From a virus (Duplodnaviria > Caudoviricetes): a DNA stretch of 50,021 nt. The stretch spans positions 1 through 50,021 of the IMG/VR virus record IMGVR_UViG_3300033153_006092; one strand, 5' to 3'. Under the pieces are notes generated by a model. It had not been told where the DNA came from, searched no databases, and saw only the letters and a list, made by a program, of their open reading frames with translations. Below, piece after piece: positions 38,076 through 48,925 of this stretch. The number at the start of each line of letters is the position of its first letter. Position 1 is the first letter of the stretch. The translations under genes were made by a program, and so were the position numbers.

Positions 38076-39540
38076 ATTTACTCGTGGCGAATTATCATTA
38101 CGTCGGCGGGAAATAGTAGATAGGCAGAAATGGTATTGGTTTGATAAGATAGGATGGGAGCCACATCGTGGTCAAATGCCTATGCACTTATCAAAAGCTC
38201 GCAAACGTTTATCTTGTGCTGGTAGGCAGGGAGGAAAAACGGCATGGGCATCAGTTGAGGCATCTGCTTACATGATAGCTGGCCCGTTTAAAGTTTGGTT
38301 TGGAGGTCCCAGCTATGATTTAGTAAGCAGGGAGTGGGAAAATTTTGTTAAGTGTATTCAACATCCGGCAAATCCGCATCGCATCCTTTATCTCAATTCC
38401 AATAAGAACGCAGGAACATTATACTGTAGATTATCTAATGGTTCAATAGCTGAGGGTAAATCATTAGATATTGCGGCAAAGTCGCCTGCTATTGGAGAGG
38501 CAATTGATTTATTTGTTGGGTGTGAATTTGCTCAACAGAGGCACATAGGGGGTGATACTGGTATTTGGAATGGTCAGATTGAAGGAAACTTAATGACTAG
38601 GCGGGGTGATGTAATTATTCCAACTACTCCAAAGGGTAAAGACAAGTGGTTATATCCTTTATTTGAGTTAGGAATGTCAGGTGCTGACCCTGAAGTATTT
38701 TCACATCAGTGGCCATCGTGGGAAAATCCGGCATGGATGGAAGACCCTGTCGCTTTAAGGAGGAGGATGTCAAAGAGGGCATTTGACGAGCAAGTAAGAG
38801 GTTTATTTATTTCATGGAGTGGGGCTATATGGCTTGTTGATTGTATGTATGACCCGGATAAACATATTGAAGAGCCTATACCAAATATACCTAGTTGGTG
38901 GAATAGAATAGAAGTTATTGATCCTGGTTTTTCTGACTGGCTTTTTTGGATTGCGGCTGTTATTGATTCTAGTGGTGATATACATATAGTTGACGAGTTT
39001 CAGGCTAAGCAAATGAGGTGGGAGGATTTGGCTAAGGTAATCTATGAAAAACGAGTAAAGATGTATGGCAAAGACAATTTACCCTCGCACGTTCCAATTT
39101 ATGTTGATCCTGAAAGTCCGAGGGCTAGAAGTGAGTTAGCAAACGCAGGTCTTAAGTTAAATCCTCCCATTTCATTGCAATGTATACCAGCAGTTAATGA
39201 TGTATGGGCTGGTTTCTCTTCTGCCATGGGGTATTTTGGTGGAGACAAAGAGTTCATTTCCAAATCTTGTCCATTAGTAATAGAAGCGTTAGAAAATCAT
39301 GAGTGGAGTGAAAGATATACTGCCAAAGGTAACAGGGTAGAATTAAGAGATGAATATAAACATGCTAGTGATGTAATGAGATATTTACAAATGGTGACTA
39401 TACGGCCATCTATTCAACCTCAACGTATAAAACCAAAGTTCGGTATAGGGTATGATGATTTAATGGTTGGGGTAGACAGCAATGCGATGTCGCCTGGTAT
39501 GCCAATGAGTCAATTTAATCGACTGCATAGGGTGGCTTAA
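38056..39540 (+). CDS. terL: Terminase large subunit
   Basis: PHRGQ, AGRQGGKT, TTPKG, SWENP, IDPG, HASDVMRY. Confidence 0.9.
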   Translation: MKTKKNKFTRGELSLRRREIVDRQKWYWFDKIGWEPHRGQMPMHLSKARKRLSCAGRQGGKTAWASVEASAYMIAGPFKVWFGGPSYDLVSREWENFVKCIQHPANPHRILYLNSNKNAGTLYCRLSNGSIAEGKSLDIAAKSPAIGEAIDLFVGCEFAQQRHIGGDTGIWNGQIEGNLMTRRGDVIIPTTPKGKDKWLYPLFELGMSGADPEVFSHQWPSWENPAWMEDPVALRRRMSKRAFDEQVRGLFISWSGAIWLVDCMYDPDKHIEEPIPNIPSWWNRIEVIDPGFSDWLFWIAAVIDSSGDIHIVDEFQAKQMRWEDLAKVIYEKRVKMYGKDNLPSHVPIYVDPESPRARSELANAGLKLNPPISLQCIPAVNDVWAGFSSAMGYFGGDKEFISKSCPLVIEALENHEWSERYTAKGNRVELRDEYKHASDVMRYLQMVTIRPSIQPQRIKPKFGIGYDDLMVGVDSNAMSPGMPMSQFNRLHRVA

Positions 39541-41220
39541 GTGTTAAATTTATTAGGAAAACCTAAAAGACTTAGAGAATTATCTCAAAAAGATCAATTA
39601 GAATATTGGTCACATAAATTTGAGAACGCCAAACATTTCCGTGAGCCCATGGAAAACAAATGGAATAAATGGGCTAGGATGATTGATGATGAAATATGGG
39701 GCAATAATGATAGAATAGCGCAAGTCAACGAATTAAAATCAGTTATATTTACAATCCTACCGTTTATAATTTTAGAACCTCCAGTAATAGAAATCAGAGC
39801 ATATAATATAAGAGATGTAGAATCAGCGGCTATATGGGAGCGAGTTGCTACATATATAGATCGTCAGTATGATTTATTTTCGGAGTTTATTTGGTGTGTC
39901 TATTCAGCTTTACTATATGGTAGTGGAATTGCCAAGTTGAGTTATTGGGATGATATACTGATTGAGCGACCCACTTGGGGTAGTGGTATATCTGAACCTT
40001 TCGGGATGAATCGAGCGGCATACGCCATTAATAATAATATTACTGAAATATATCCTGATGTCAGGGCGGAACGATGGGAGACACAACGGTATTTGATACA
40101 AACCAGTTTTTTACATATAGATGATATATTAGATAATCCGGGTTATAATAAGAAAGCTAAGAGTAAAGTTAAGCCTACTTATGCCGCCGAGAAGATGGAT
40201 TTCAGTTTACCTCATGTTGAGCAAGAGAGTGAATATGTAAAGGTTTATGAGATACATGATTTTCGTAATGGCAAAGTTATGATTATGTCGGATAATAATG
40301 ATACATGGCTTTATAATGATATTGAACCTTATGGAATAGTTCCTTATGAACATCTTGCATTTATAAACAGGCCTAAATCGGTATGGGGAGATTCGATAAG
40401 TCAAACTATAGAAGGTCATGTTAAAGCTATTAGTGAAAATTTACAGTTTATGAATGATGCTGTGGGTAAAGAGGGAATATTAAAAGTATTGTTGAAACTT
40501 GGGGAATGGCAGGAAACTGATATAGCCAAATTAAATACTAACAAAGATGAAATAATACCTATAATATCAGATAATCTTGAGAATTCTATAAAGGTAGTTG
40601 ATTACAGTACTGCCAGAAAAGATTTTATATTTGAACAACACATGAATACTTTAAGGGAGATAATACGTTCGGTGACAGGCGTAACGCAGCAGGAACGTGG
40701 CGTACATGAAGCTGGTGTTGAAACTAAGTTTGAGGCTAGTATGCTTAAAACGGCATCTGATGTAAGAAATCAGATGCGTAAACGGATGTTTTCAAGGTTT
40801 GCTTCACGGACTATATCTAAACTTCTTTATCTTGTTTCAAGGGAATATCCTAGCGCAAAGATTGCACAGATGGCTGGTCTTGATGAATCATGGGGGTATA
40901 ATATTCAAAGACCATTTGATGCTACTAAATTTGAAGTAGATTATGGTATGACAGCGGCAAATTCAAGAAGTGAACGGTTACAAAATTTAATGTTATTTAA
41001 GAGTTTAGTTGGGGATTATGCTAATCCGGTAATAATAGGAAAGATGGCTGCTGAGGCTATGAATTTTGATTTTGTTTCCGAGATGATGGTATTAGGTTCT
41101 ATGAGTGGTGGCGGTGGAGGAATTCCTGCTGGAGCTGGCGGGGCCGCCGCCGGCGTACTTAATTCAAGGTTATCTCCTAATCAACCTCAACCTGCACAAG
41201 ATATACCAATGGGGATGTAA
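39541..41220 (+). CDS. Portal protein
   Basis: Follows TerL; ALLYGSGIAK, VYEIHD, SVTGV...RG...TKFEA motifs of P22-like portals. Confidence 0.8.
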   Translation: MLNLLGKPKRLRELSQKDQLEYWSHKFENAKHFREPMENKWNKWARMIDDEIWGNNDRIAQVNELKSVIFTILPFIILEPPVIEIRAYNIRDVESAAIWERVATYIDRQYDLFSEFIWCVYSALLYGSGIAKLSYWDDILIERPTWGSGISEPFGMNRAAYAINNNITEIYPDVRAERWETQRYLIQTSFLHIDDILDNPGYNKKAKSKVKPTYAAEKMDFSLPHVEQESEYVKVYEIHDFRNGKVMIMSDNNDTWLYNDIEPYGIVPYEHLAFINRPKSVWGDSISQTIEGHVKAISENLQFMNDAVGKEGILKVLLKLGEWQETDIAKLNTNKDEIIPIISDNLENSIKVVDYSTARKDFIFEQHMNTLREIIRSVTGVTQQERGVHEAGVETKFEASMLKTASDVRNQMRKRMFSRFASRTISKLLYLVSREYPSAKIAQMAGLDESWGYNIQRPFDATKFEVDYGMTAANSRSERLQNLMLFKSLVGDYANPVIIGKMAAEAMNFDFVSEMMVLGSMSGGGGGIPAGAGGAAAGVLNSRLSPNQPQPAQDIPMGM

Positions 41221-41221
41221 A

Positions 41222-41611
41222 ATGCCTGTATATAGTTATAGATGTAATAAATGTGGTACCAAAATAGATGATTATAGAGAAATGAAAGATCGGAATTGGT
41301 TGACATTATGTACTAGATGTAAAAAAGGTATTTTAGAAAGAGATATGTCAAATGAGCGACCTACCTTATTTGATGATATTGCACCTTATTTTGATTTCTC
41401 TATTGGTGAATATATAAGCGGACGTAGAGATAAGGCAACTAAATATAGAAATGCTGGTATGACTCCTATTGCTGGGCATCATGGTGGAGATACTGTTATT
41501 CCTGAGAAACGCCTATATGGGGATGAACAATACTATGATGAAGTTATTAAGGGCAAACCAAGAACTGATAAAGAAAAGATGATAGATGACCACCTAGAGA
41601 TAGGAGTATAA
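41222..41611 (+). CDS. FmdB-like zinc-ribbon protein
   Basis: MPVYSYRCNKCG...CTRC. Confidence 0.75.
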   Translation: MPVYSYRCNKCGTKIDDYREMKDRNWLTLCTRCKKGILERDMSNERPTLFDDIAPYFDFSIGEYISGRRDKATKYRNAGMTPIAGHHGGDTVIPEKRLYGDEQYYDEVIKGKPRTDKEKMIDDHLEIGV

Positions 41612-41613
41612 AA

Positions 41614-42147
41614 ATGACGGTCTTTATAAATTGGTTTGACAAACTATTGAGTATGATATTAGTAATGTTTTCTAGCCTTGCGACTACTTTTGTTTATGAT
41701 GCAGACGGCGAACATAGTAATATCAGAGTTGCATATACTGATCCATGTGGCGGGGCATTTACTTTGTCAGCAGGTTCTAAAAATGGCCCGCATGGCTGGA
41801 TAGATTTGAGAAAATGTGGAAAACCTTATGTTGACTGGGTATTAACTACTTATGTTAGTTCTGGTGTAAGGGATGTTGCAGTAAGTATCGATTATGGGCA
41901 AAGGCTCGGCAATGATATGATAATTACTATAACTCAGAAGCAACGAAGTACAGATGCGCCGCTTGATTATGGCCCTAAGCGTGGATATATGAGAATGATG
42001 TTAAATAGACAATATGGTTCTTATGCAAGAATTAGAGAGGTTCAGAATGATGGCGATTGTCTTGTTGCAATACAGTCGCTTTCGCCTTCTACTATGAAAC
42101 CGATTAAATCTATAGGTACTATTGATAATAATGTAGAGGTGATATAA
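41614..42147 (+). CDS. Putative virion beta-sandwich protein with hydrophobic leader
   Basis: LLSMILVMFSSLA leader; beta-rich body. Confidence 0.5.
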   Translation: MTVFINWFDKLLSMILVMFSSLATTFVYDADGEHSNIRVAYTDPCGGAFTLSAGSKNGPHGWIDLRKCGKPYVDWVLTTYVSSGVRDVAVSIDYGQRLGNDMIITITQKQRSTDAPLDYGPKRGYMRMMLNRQYGSYARIREVQNDGDCLVAIQSLSPSTMKPIKSIGTIDNNVEVI

Positions 42148-42617
42148 TGAAAAGGTTAGCAGTTATTATAATACTTCTATTATGTGTAACATTTGGTGTA
42201 GACTCCCAAACTACATATAGAAAGAATTTTCCTGATAGAGGTATAGCCATTACGGGTTATGCCAACCTTAGAACTGCGGCTGTATTAACTACTTCTTATG
42301 TTAATACATCGGCAGTTAAATTTGACCAATATAAGGAACTTTGTTTACTATTTGATATAGTTCAAGGCGGGTTAACATCGTTTGAATATAAGATTTGGAT
42401 TAGCAAAGATGGTAATAAGTGGTATCAGGAGGCTACTGAATCAGTTGCCTCTGGTGTTATTACTGATGCGCCATGTTATTATACTTGTGCTTTATCTAGT
42501 GATGTGGCATATTATAAAGTTATTCCATTTAATGGCAGGTGGATCAAGTTACAGGTTAAAGGTACTGGCATTGTAACAGGGTCAAGTTGTTCGGTACAAT
42601 TGATGGGTTCTTATTAA
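42147..42617 (+). CDS. Signal-peptide beta-sandwich protein, paralog of the protease C-terminal domain
   Basis: MKRLAVIIILLLCVTFGVDS leader; collinear similarity with 44823-45248. Confidence 0.7.
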   Translation: MKRLAVIIILLLCVTFGVDSQTTYRKNFPDRGIAITGYANLRTAAVLTTSYVNTSAVKFDQYKELCLLFDIVQGGLTSFEYKIWISKDGNKWYQEATESVASGVITDAPCYYTCALSSDVAYYKVIPFNGRWIKLQVKGTGIVTGSSCSVQLMGSY

Positions 42618-45248
42618 ATGCGAAAAATCTTATCCTTTATTATAATAGCAATATTATGTGTGTCTGTGTCTGCGGATAAGCCACAGAAGAAGTTTTTTGC
42701 CGAGGATCATATATTAGTAAAATTTAGGAAAACTGCTAATATTGCAAAGATTCATGGAAGAACTAAGGCTAAAAGTATTAAGATTAGAAGAGATATTCAT
42801 CATGTTTCTATTCCTAGGGGTAAAAATGCACAGGTATTAGTGAATCAGTATAAAAATATGCCGGAAGTAGAATATGCCGAATTGGATTATTATGCTTATC
42901 CTGAGCATATACCGAATGATACTAATTTTAATATACAATGGGCATTATCTGGTTCTACTTATGACATAAAGGCTGATGATGCTTGGGATACCACAACTGG
43001 TGATGCGTCTATTATAATTGCAATACTTGATACTGGTATATTAACTACTCACGAAGATATAACTGGTAAGGTTGTAGCCAGTATTAATTATACTGATTCT
43101 ACTTTGACTGATAGTGTAGGCCATGGAACTCACGTAGCAGGTATAACTGCCGCAAATACTAATAATGCCAAAGGAATTGCGGGGGTTGGGTATGATTGTA
43201 AACTTCTAAATGTTAAAGTTATAAATAATGATGGTTTTGGTACATATTCTTGGATTTCTGATGGAATAAAATATGCCGCAGATTATGGTGCTCATGTTAT
43301 AAATTTGAGTCTTTCTGGCAAATATTATTCGTATACCATGGAACAAGCGGTTAATTATGCTTGGAATAAAGGTTGTGTTATTGTAGCCGCCGCAGGAAAT
43401 CAAGCTACTTCTAACAAAAGGTATCCAGCCGCTTTTGCTAATTGTATGTCTGTTGGTGCTGTCGATAGCGATGGAGATATTTGTAGTTGGTCAAATTATG
43501 GTACTTATGTAGATGTATTGGCCCCCGGAGATACTATTCTTTCTACAATAAAGAGTGGTAGTTATAGCACTAAGAGCGGTACATCCATGGCGTGCCCGCA
43601 TGTTTCAGGATTAGCCGGTCTCTTATATTCTATGTCTTATGGTACAAATGAGAGTATAAGAGATAGAATACAAGATACTTCTGACGGGTATGTTTTTAGT
43701 GATTATGGCAGGATAGATGCAGATGCGGCAGTTGCTGGCGCCGTACCAACTTTAAGTTCTATAGTGGTTACGCCAGATGGATATTCGATGCCGGCTACTA
43801 ATACTCAACAGTATACCGCTACTGGTACATATTCTGATAGTTCGACTATGGATATTACTGGTAGTGTTACATGGGCTAGTGCTACTCCTGCTGTTGCTAC
43901 TATTACTGCTGCTGGTTTGGCAACTGGCATTAGTGCTGGCGACTCTATTATATCTGCTACATTAGGTGCGGTTAGTGATAATACAACTTTGACAATTACA
44001 GCGGCTACATTAAGTTCTATAGCTGTTACTCCTGCCGGGTCGACTATTGAGATTGGTTCACAGTTGCAATATACGGCAACTGGCACATATTCAGATGCTA
44101 GTACATCTGATATAACTACCGAAGTTGCGTGGACATCTTCTAATGCTGGTGTTAGTATTGATGCTAATGGATTGGCTACTAGTTTAGATAGTTGTAGTAC
44201 TATAATTACTGCAACATTGGGCGCTAAAAGTGGCAATACGACTTTGACTGTTACTGAGTCGGCGCTGATTTCTATTTCAGTTATACCTAGTTCTATTTCA
44301 ATAGGTGTTACTAATACTAAGCAATTTGTTGCTAAAGGTACATATTCAGATAATAGTAAGGTTATTATAACAGATATAGTTGACTGGTTAAGTTCTTCTA
44401 CTGGCGTGGCAACAATAAATTCCTCTGGCGTTGCTACCGGGGTGGGTGCAGGCAGTACAATAATCTCTGCTAAGTTAGGCGAAGTAACCGGGTATGCCAC
44501 ATTAACAGTATCTGCTTCCGCACCCACTCTTTCCTCAATATCTGTAACTCCGGCTAGTTATACAATATCTATTGGTGCTATTAGAAGCTATACATCTATA
44601 GCCAATTACTCAGATTCTAGTACATTAGATGTTACGGCTAACGCAGTATGGGCTACTTCTAATGCTCTTGTAGCTTCTATATCTGGGCATTTGGCAACTG
44701 GAGTTGCGGATGGCACGGCATATATAACAGCTACTTATGGTGGCAAAACAAGTAATAATGCTTTATTAAGGGTATCAACTAGGTCTATCACTGAAACAGG
44801 TTCACAATCTGCATATCGTTATCAGTTTTCTAAAATTGGTTATCCAATTACAGGTTATACGAATCTTAGGGCTGCTGCTACATTATCAAATCTTTATGTT
44901 GATACAGATATTATAAAATTTGACGAATATAAAAGTATTGGTATATTATTTGATATAACGGCAGGTGGTTTAACTTCTGTGGATTATATAATTTGGACAT
45001 CGTTGGATGGTTATAATTGGTTTCAAGAAGCTGGTGAAGATATTGAATCTGGGGTTATAATAGATATGCCGAGATTCAATTCATTACCTTGTTATTTAGA
45101 TGCAGAATATTATCCGCAAACCGGTGATAGTTTTTCTTATTTTAAGATTGTTCCATATTATGGTAGATATTTGAAATTAACAGTTAAGGGTACTGGAGAT
45201 GTTACTGGTTCTAGCCTATCTGTTCAAGCAATGGGAGCATATCAATGA
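42618..45248 (+). CDS. S8 subtilase (thermitase-like) with signal peptide, prodomain, four Big_2 Ig repeats and C-terminal beta-sandwich
   Basis: AILDTG, GHGTHVAG, AAAGN, SGTSMACPHV; four LSSIxVTP...YTATGTYSD...W repeats. Confidence 0.92.
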   Translation: MRKILSFIIIAILCVSVSADKPQKKFFAEDHILVKFRKTANIAKIHGRTKAKSIKIRRDIHHVSIPRGKNAQVLVNQYKNMPEVEYAELDYYAYPEHIPNDTNFNIQWALSGSTYDIKADDAWDTTTGDASIIIAILDTGILTTHEDITGKVVASINYTDSTLTDSVGHGTHVAGITAANTNNAKGIAGVGYDCKLLNVKVINNDGFGTYSWISDGIKYAADYGAHVINLSLSGKYYSYTMEQAVNYAWNKGCVIVAAAGNQATSNKRYPAAFANCMSVGAVDSDGDICSWSNYGTYVDVLAPGDTILSTIKSGSYSTKSGTSMACPHVSGLAGLLYSMSYGTNESIRDRIQDTSDGYVFSDYGRIDADAAVAGAVPTLSSIVVTPDGYSMPATNTQQYTATGTYSDSSTMDITGSVTWASATPAVATITAAGLATGISAGDSIISATLGAVSDNTTLTITAATLSSIAVTPAGSTIEIGSQLQYTATGTYSDASTSDITTEVAWTSSNAGVSIDANGLATSLDSCSTIITATLGAKSGNTTLTVTESALISISVIPSSISIGVTNTKQFVAKGTYSDNSKVIITDIVDWLSSSTGVATINSSGVATGVGAGSTIISAKLGEVTGYATLTVSASAPTLSSISVTPASYTISIGAIRSYTSIANYSDSSTLDVTANAVWATSNALVASISGHLATGVADGTAYITATYGGKTSNNALLRVSTRSITETGSQSAYRYQFSKIGYPITGYTNLRAAATLSNLYVDTDIIKFDEYKSIGILFDITAGGLTSVDYIIWTSLDGYNWFQEAGEDIESGVIIDMPRFNSLPCYLDAEYYPQTGDSFSYFKIVPYYGRYLKLTVKGTGDVTGSSLSVQAMGAYQ

Positions 45249-47440
45249 AAAAATATTTGTGTTTAATATCTTGTATAATAATAATATTGTGTTATACGGC
45301 TCTGGTTGTTGGTCAGGATAGAGGTTCCAGAAGTCCTAGAGTACCTGACTCTACTACAATAGATGGTGTAGATTCCGGTAGTTTTTTACGCTCTGATCAA
45401 TCAGATGTACATACCTCTGGCGTACTTACTTTGCCGCAGGTAGAAATATCTACATATTGGCGTAGTAAATACCCTTATATAGATGTTACTCATTCAGATT
45501 TTGGTGCAGTTGGCAATGGCGTTGCGGATGATAGAGCTGCTATAGCAGCGGCTGATACTGCCGCTGTTTTGGCAGGCGTTCCATTGTTATTCGCAAATGG
45601 CGATTATAAAATTTCATCGGATATAACCATAGCAAGCGATCTCATCCTTTATCAGGGGGCATTGATAACACCTGATGCCGGTGATACTGTAACGATAAAT
45701 GGGCATATAGATGCTGGCACTTGGTGTATATTTGCGGGTGATGGTTCTATTGCAGGCACTCCCAAGAATGATTTTGTGCGACCAGAATGGTGGGGCGCAG
45801 TGGCTGACGGTTCTACTGATTGCGCTGACGCTTTTGAGAAGGCGATTTTGTTCGCTCATGCGAATAAAGTAGGTGCGGTACAATTATCAGCGGGCGTATA
45901 TTATATTGACAGCGCAAAGACTTTTACAAACGTTAGAGAGGTAACTATACGCGGCACTACTACGAAGCCACAATATACAAGTTCCAGAACGGCAGGTTCT
46001 GCTATAGTATTTAACGGTATTGCCACAGATACGCCAGGATGGAAATTCACAACTTGTAGAGGTTTGGCATTCAAGGATTTTTGGATGTATACCAATGGCA
46101 CAAAGGCGCACTCTGGTATATATCTTGATCAAACGGCAACATCAGTTTTTGACGGCGTAAATATACAGGATTTTACTACAGCGTCAGTGTACATAGATAC
46201 CTCATTTAGTTTAACGTTCCAAAATTGCACATTTTCTTCCAGTGATGCAGGGGTACGTTCTGCTGGTACATGCCAAAATATTACTTTCTTGGGCTGCTCT
46301 TTAATACAAAACACCACCTGTGGAGCCTGGGTGTATGGACAAAATTACACTTTTATTGGTTGTGATTTTGAGGGACAACCGAGAGGAATTGACCAAGAGT
46401 CCTCAGTTGGTAGAGTCGTCAGTAGGGGATGGCTGGTAGAGGGCAATTATTTTGAGGCGATGACTGATAATGCTGTAATGTATTTGGTATTTCATGATTA
46501 TAGTCAATTTGGCCCAGCTTATTTATCTGATTCGGCATACTATATATATTTAAATTCATCCGACCATAATGTTGTAGTAAATTGGAGGGGTGATGTTAAT
46601 ATACAAAGCGCATCGACTGATAATACAATAGTTCATGTCGCTGGCACAGTTACAGATGATGGCGTTGATACTATACAATTAGCTGATATAGACGAGTATT
46701 ATTTACGCAAGGATGGCGCAGTTGCGCTTACAGACCATTGGAAAGCAGGAACGAAGGGCTTACAAATTGCAGGTTTAGGTGTGTCTAAGACAGGTGCAAA
46801 CTACGGCGATGAAGTAGTCTCTAACGGGACTTTTGATAGTGATACTACTGGTTGGACGGCTGTAGTTTGTACGTTGTCAAGCGAGGCAGGCGGACAGAGC
46901 GGCAACTGTTTACAGATACTTAATGCTGCTGGAGGCGGTGGATATGAAGCGCAAGCGAGGCAGGAGATAGCAGTAATTCCATTTTTACGATACAAATTAT
47001 CATTCTATTTCAAAAAAGGCACTGGCTCTTATGGTCGTGTATGGGTGGACAGTACGGAATTTTCACGTAGTCCTACATCCGGTGATTTATATTCTACAGG
47101 TGCACTTTCCGATGTGACATGGACTGAGTATACTGGCGAATTTGTGCCAACAGGTAGTAGTATTTTTCTTATGTTGGAAAGTCATTCGCCTTCAAAAACT
47201 GCTCTATTCGACGAGGTGACTATCAAGCCGATCATAGCTGGCGATCTGGCTGTAGGCAAGGATTTGTATGTGGGTGGCGACTTGACAGTTACTGGCGATT
47301 TTATCACTCCTTATGCCAATGCCGTAACGGTTAGTTCTTCTGGCGCAGATTATACTACTATACAGGCAGCGTTAGACGCCAATGATGCGGGAACGCTGGT
47401 GTTGGTTTATCCGGGTACATACACGGATGACACTATAAAT
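45245..47440 (+). CDS. Tailspike segment 1 (signal peptide, beta-helix 1, CBM-like domain, start of beta-helix 2); frame breaks near 47440, annotated stop at 47671
   Basis: DGVDSGSFLRSD, FGAVGNGVADD, EWWGAVADG, NGTFDSDTTGW, YTTIQAALDA...PGTY. Confidence 0.8.
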
Positions 47441-48925
47441 CGATACTCAGATATGCAATTATGGGGCTTATACGGGCTGTCGGATAGAAAATATCAAGAT
47501 GACCATGACTGGGCCGACTACGGCAAAGACTATTATTACCGGCTCCGGTTCGTTGAGGATGCGTTTTGTGCATCTGGGTCTAGTCTGTGCGACGGATATT
47601 GCAGGGGCGCAACCTTCATGTATCGCAGGGACAGGCGATATAAAGATGCACTTTGGTACATTGGATTATGATAATACAGGGGAGACGGTTGCTGGCATCA
47701 AATCTCCGGTTGTCTTAGGTACAGGGTCAAATGTCGTATTAAATGAAGTTGATATTGATGTAGATACTCAGGGTGATGCTGCGGCCTCCACCACTGCCTA
47801 TGGCATCAGCACCGGAAAGGTTGAGTTTAGCCGGTGTGAAATTAACGTAACTAATATCCCTGAGACGCCGGGGTCGGGATTGGAAGATACCTATACTGTA
47901 GGGATTGCATATATTACCGATAGCGGCGAACTTGAAATTATTGATAACAATGTTCACGTTAATAACGACGGTTCGACAGGCATTGGTATGTATATTGGCG
48001 GAACGGTAAGTGCAAGAGTTGTTGGAGGGCACTTGCACGTTGAATCCACTTCTGGGACGGCTAACAGTTATTATATCGCAGCCGCCGGTGCGACGGTCAT
48101 CTCTCAGATTGCTGACATTATTGCCGCCGATGGCATAAATAACGCAGGCGGTGGTACATATTCTTATGTTCATTCACAATCTAACGCCAATTGGGAAATA
48201 TCGGGTGATCTGGCTGTAGGGAACGACGCTACCATACTGGGACACCTGACGCCGAAAGGCGATAATATCTATAACGTGCAGGGGTTGAGCTATGGAGCAT
48301 TGGGAGATGGCAGCAATGATGATACTGCGGCAATACAGGCGGCGATTGATGACGCTAATACAGCAGGCGGCGGGATAATATTTTTTCCGAAAGGAACGTA
48401 CAAAATCAGTTCTTCGCTCACGCTATATAGCAATATTATTCTGCAAGGCGTTGGCGGCAGTTCTATAATCAGTCTTGCCATTGGCAATGACGCCATAGCA
48501 GCAACCGGAACAGCATCAGGTTCAGGGCTTGCTCTGGCTTCTGACGCTGACGCAAAGCAGTTTGATGTGGTACTGGCTGATGCAAGTTCTCTATCAGCAG
48601 ATGATTGGATTCGGATATACTCAGACGATGCTTTTGACGGTTCAGCAACGCAAACGCAGTCGGAAATTAGGCAGATTGCCAGTATAGCAGGGAATACATT
48701 GACGCTTGCCGAAAGACTTGCCGCTTCTTACACAGTCGTCAACTCTGCAGAAGTTGAATTATTGACAATGGTGGAAAATATTACTGTGAGGAATCTGAAA
48801 TTTCTCGGCGGTGGCGATGGTGAGAATCAGTATGGGATGACATTTACATATTGTCGCAATCTCAAAATCACAAATTGTGATATTACAGATTTTTATAATC
48901 GTGGGATTCAACTCTGGAGTTGTGT
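47439..48925 (+). CDS. Tailspike segment 2 (+1 frame; rest of beta-helix 2 and start of beta-helix 3)
   Basis: Frame open from 47439 (DTQICNYGAYTGCRIENIK...); YGALGDGSNDDTAAIQAAID...FFPKGTY. Confidence 0.75.

Noticed and set aside
43805-44527. 240-aa antisense ORF
   Set aside because: Mirror of the Thr/Ala/Ser-rich Ig repeats; no independent signals.
47441-47671. Listed C-terminus of the 808-aa ORF as real protein
   Set aside because: Out-of-frame run-on; the beta-helix pattern continues in the +1 frame.
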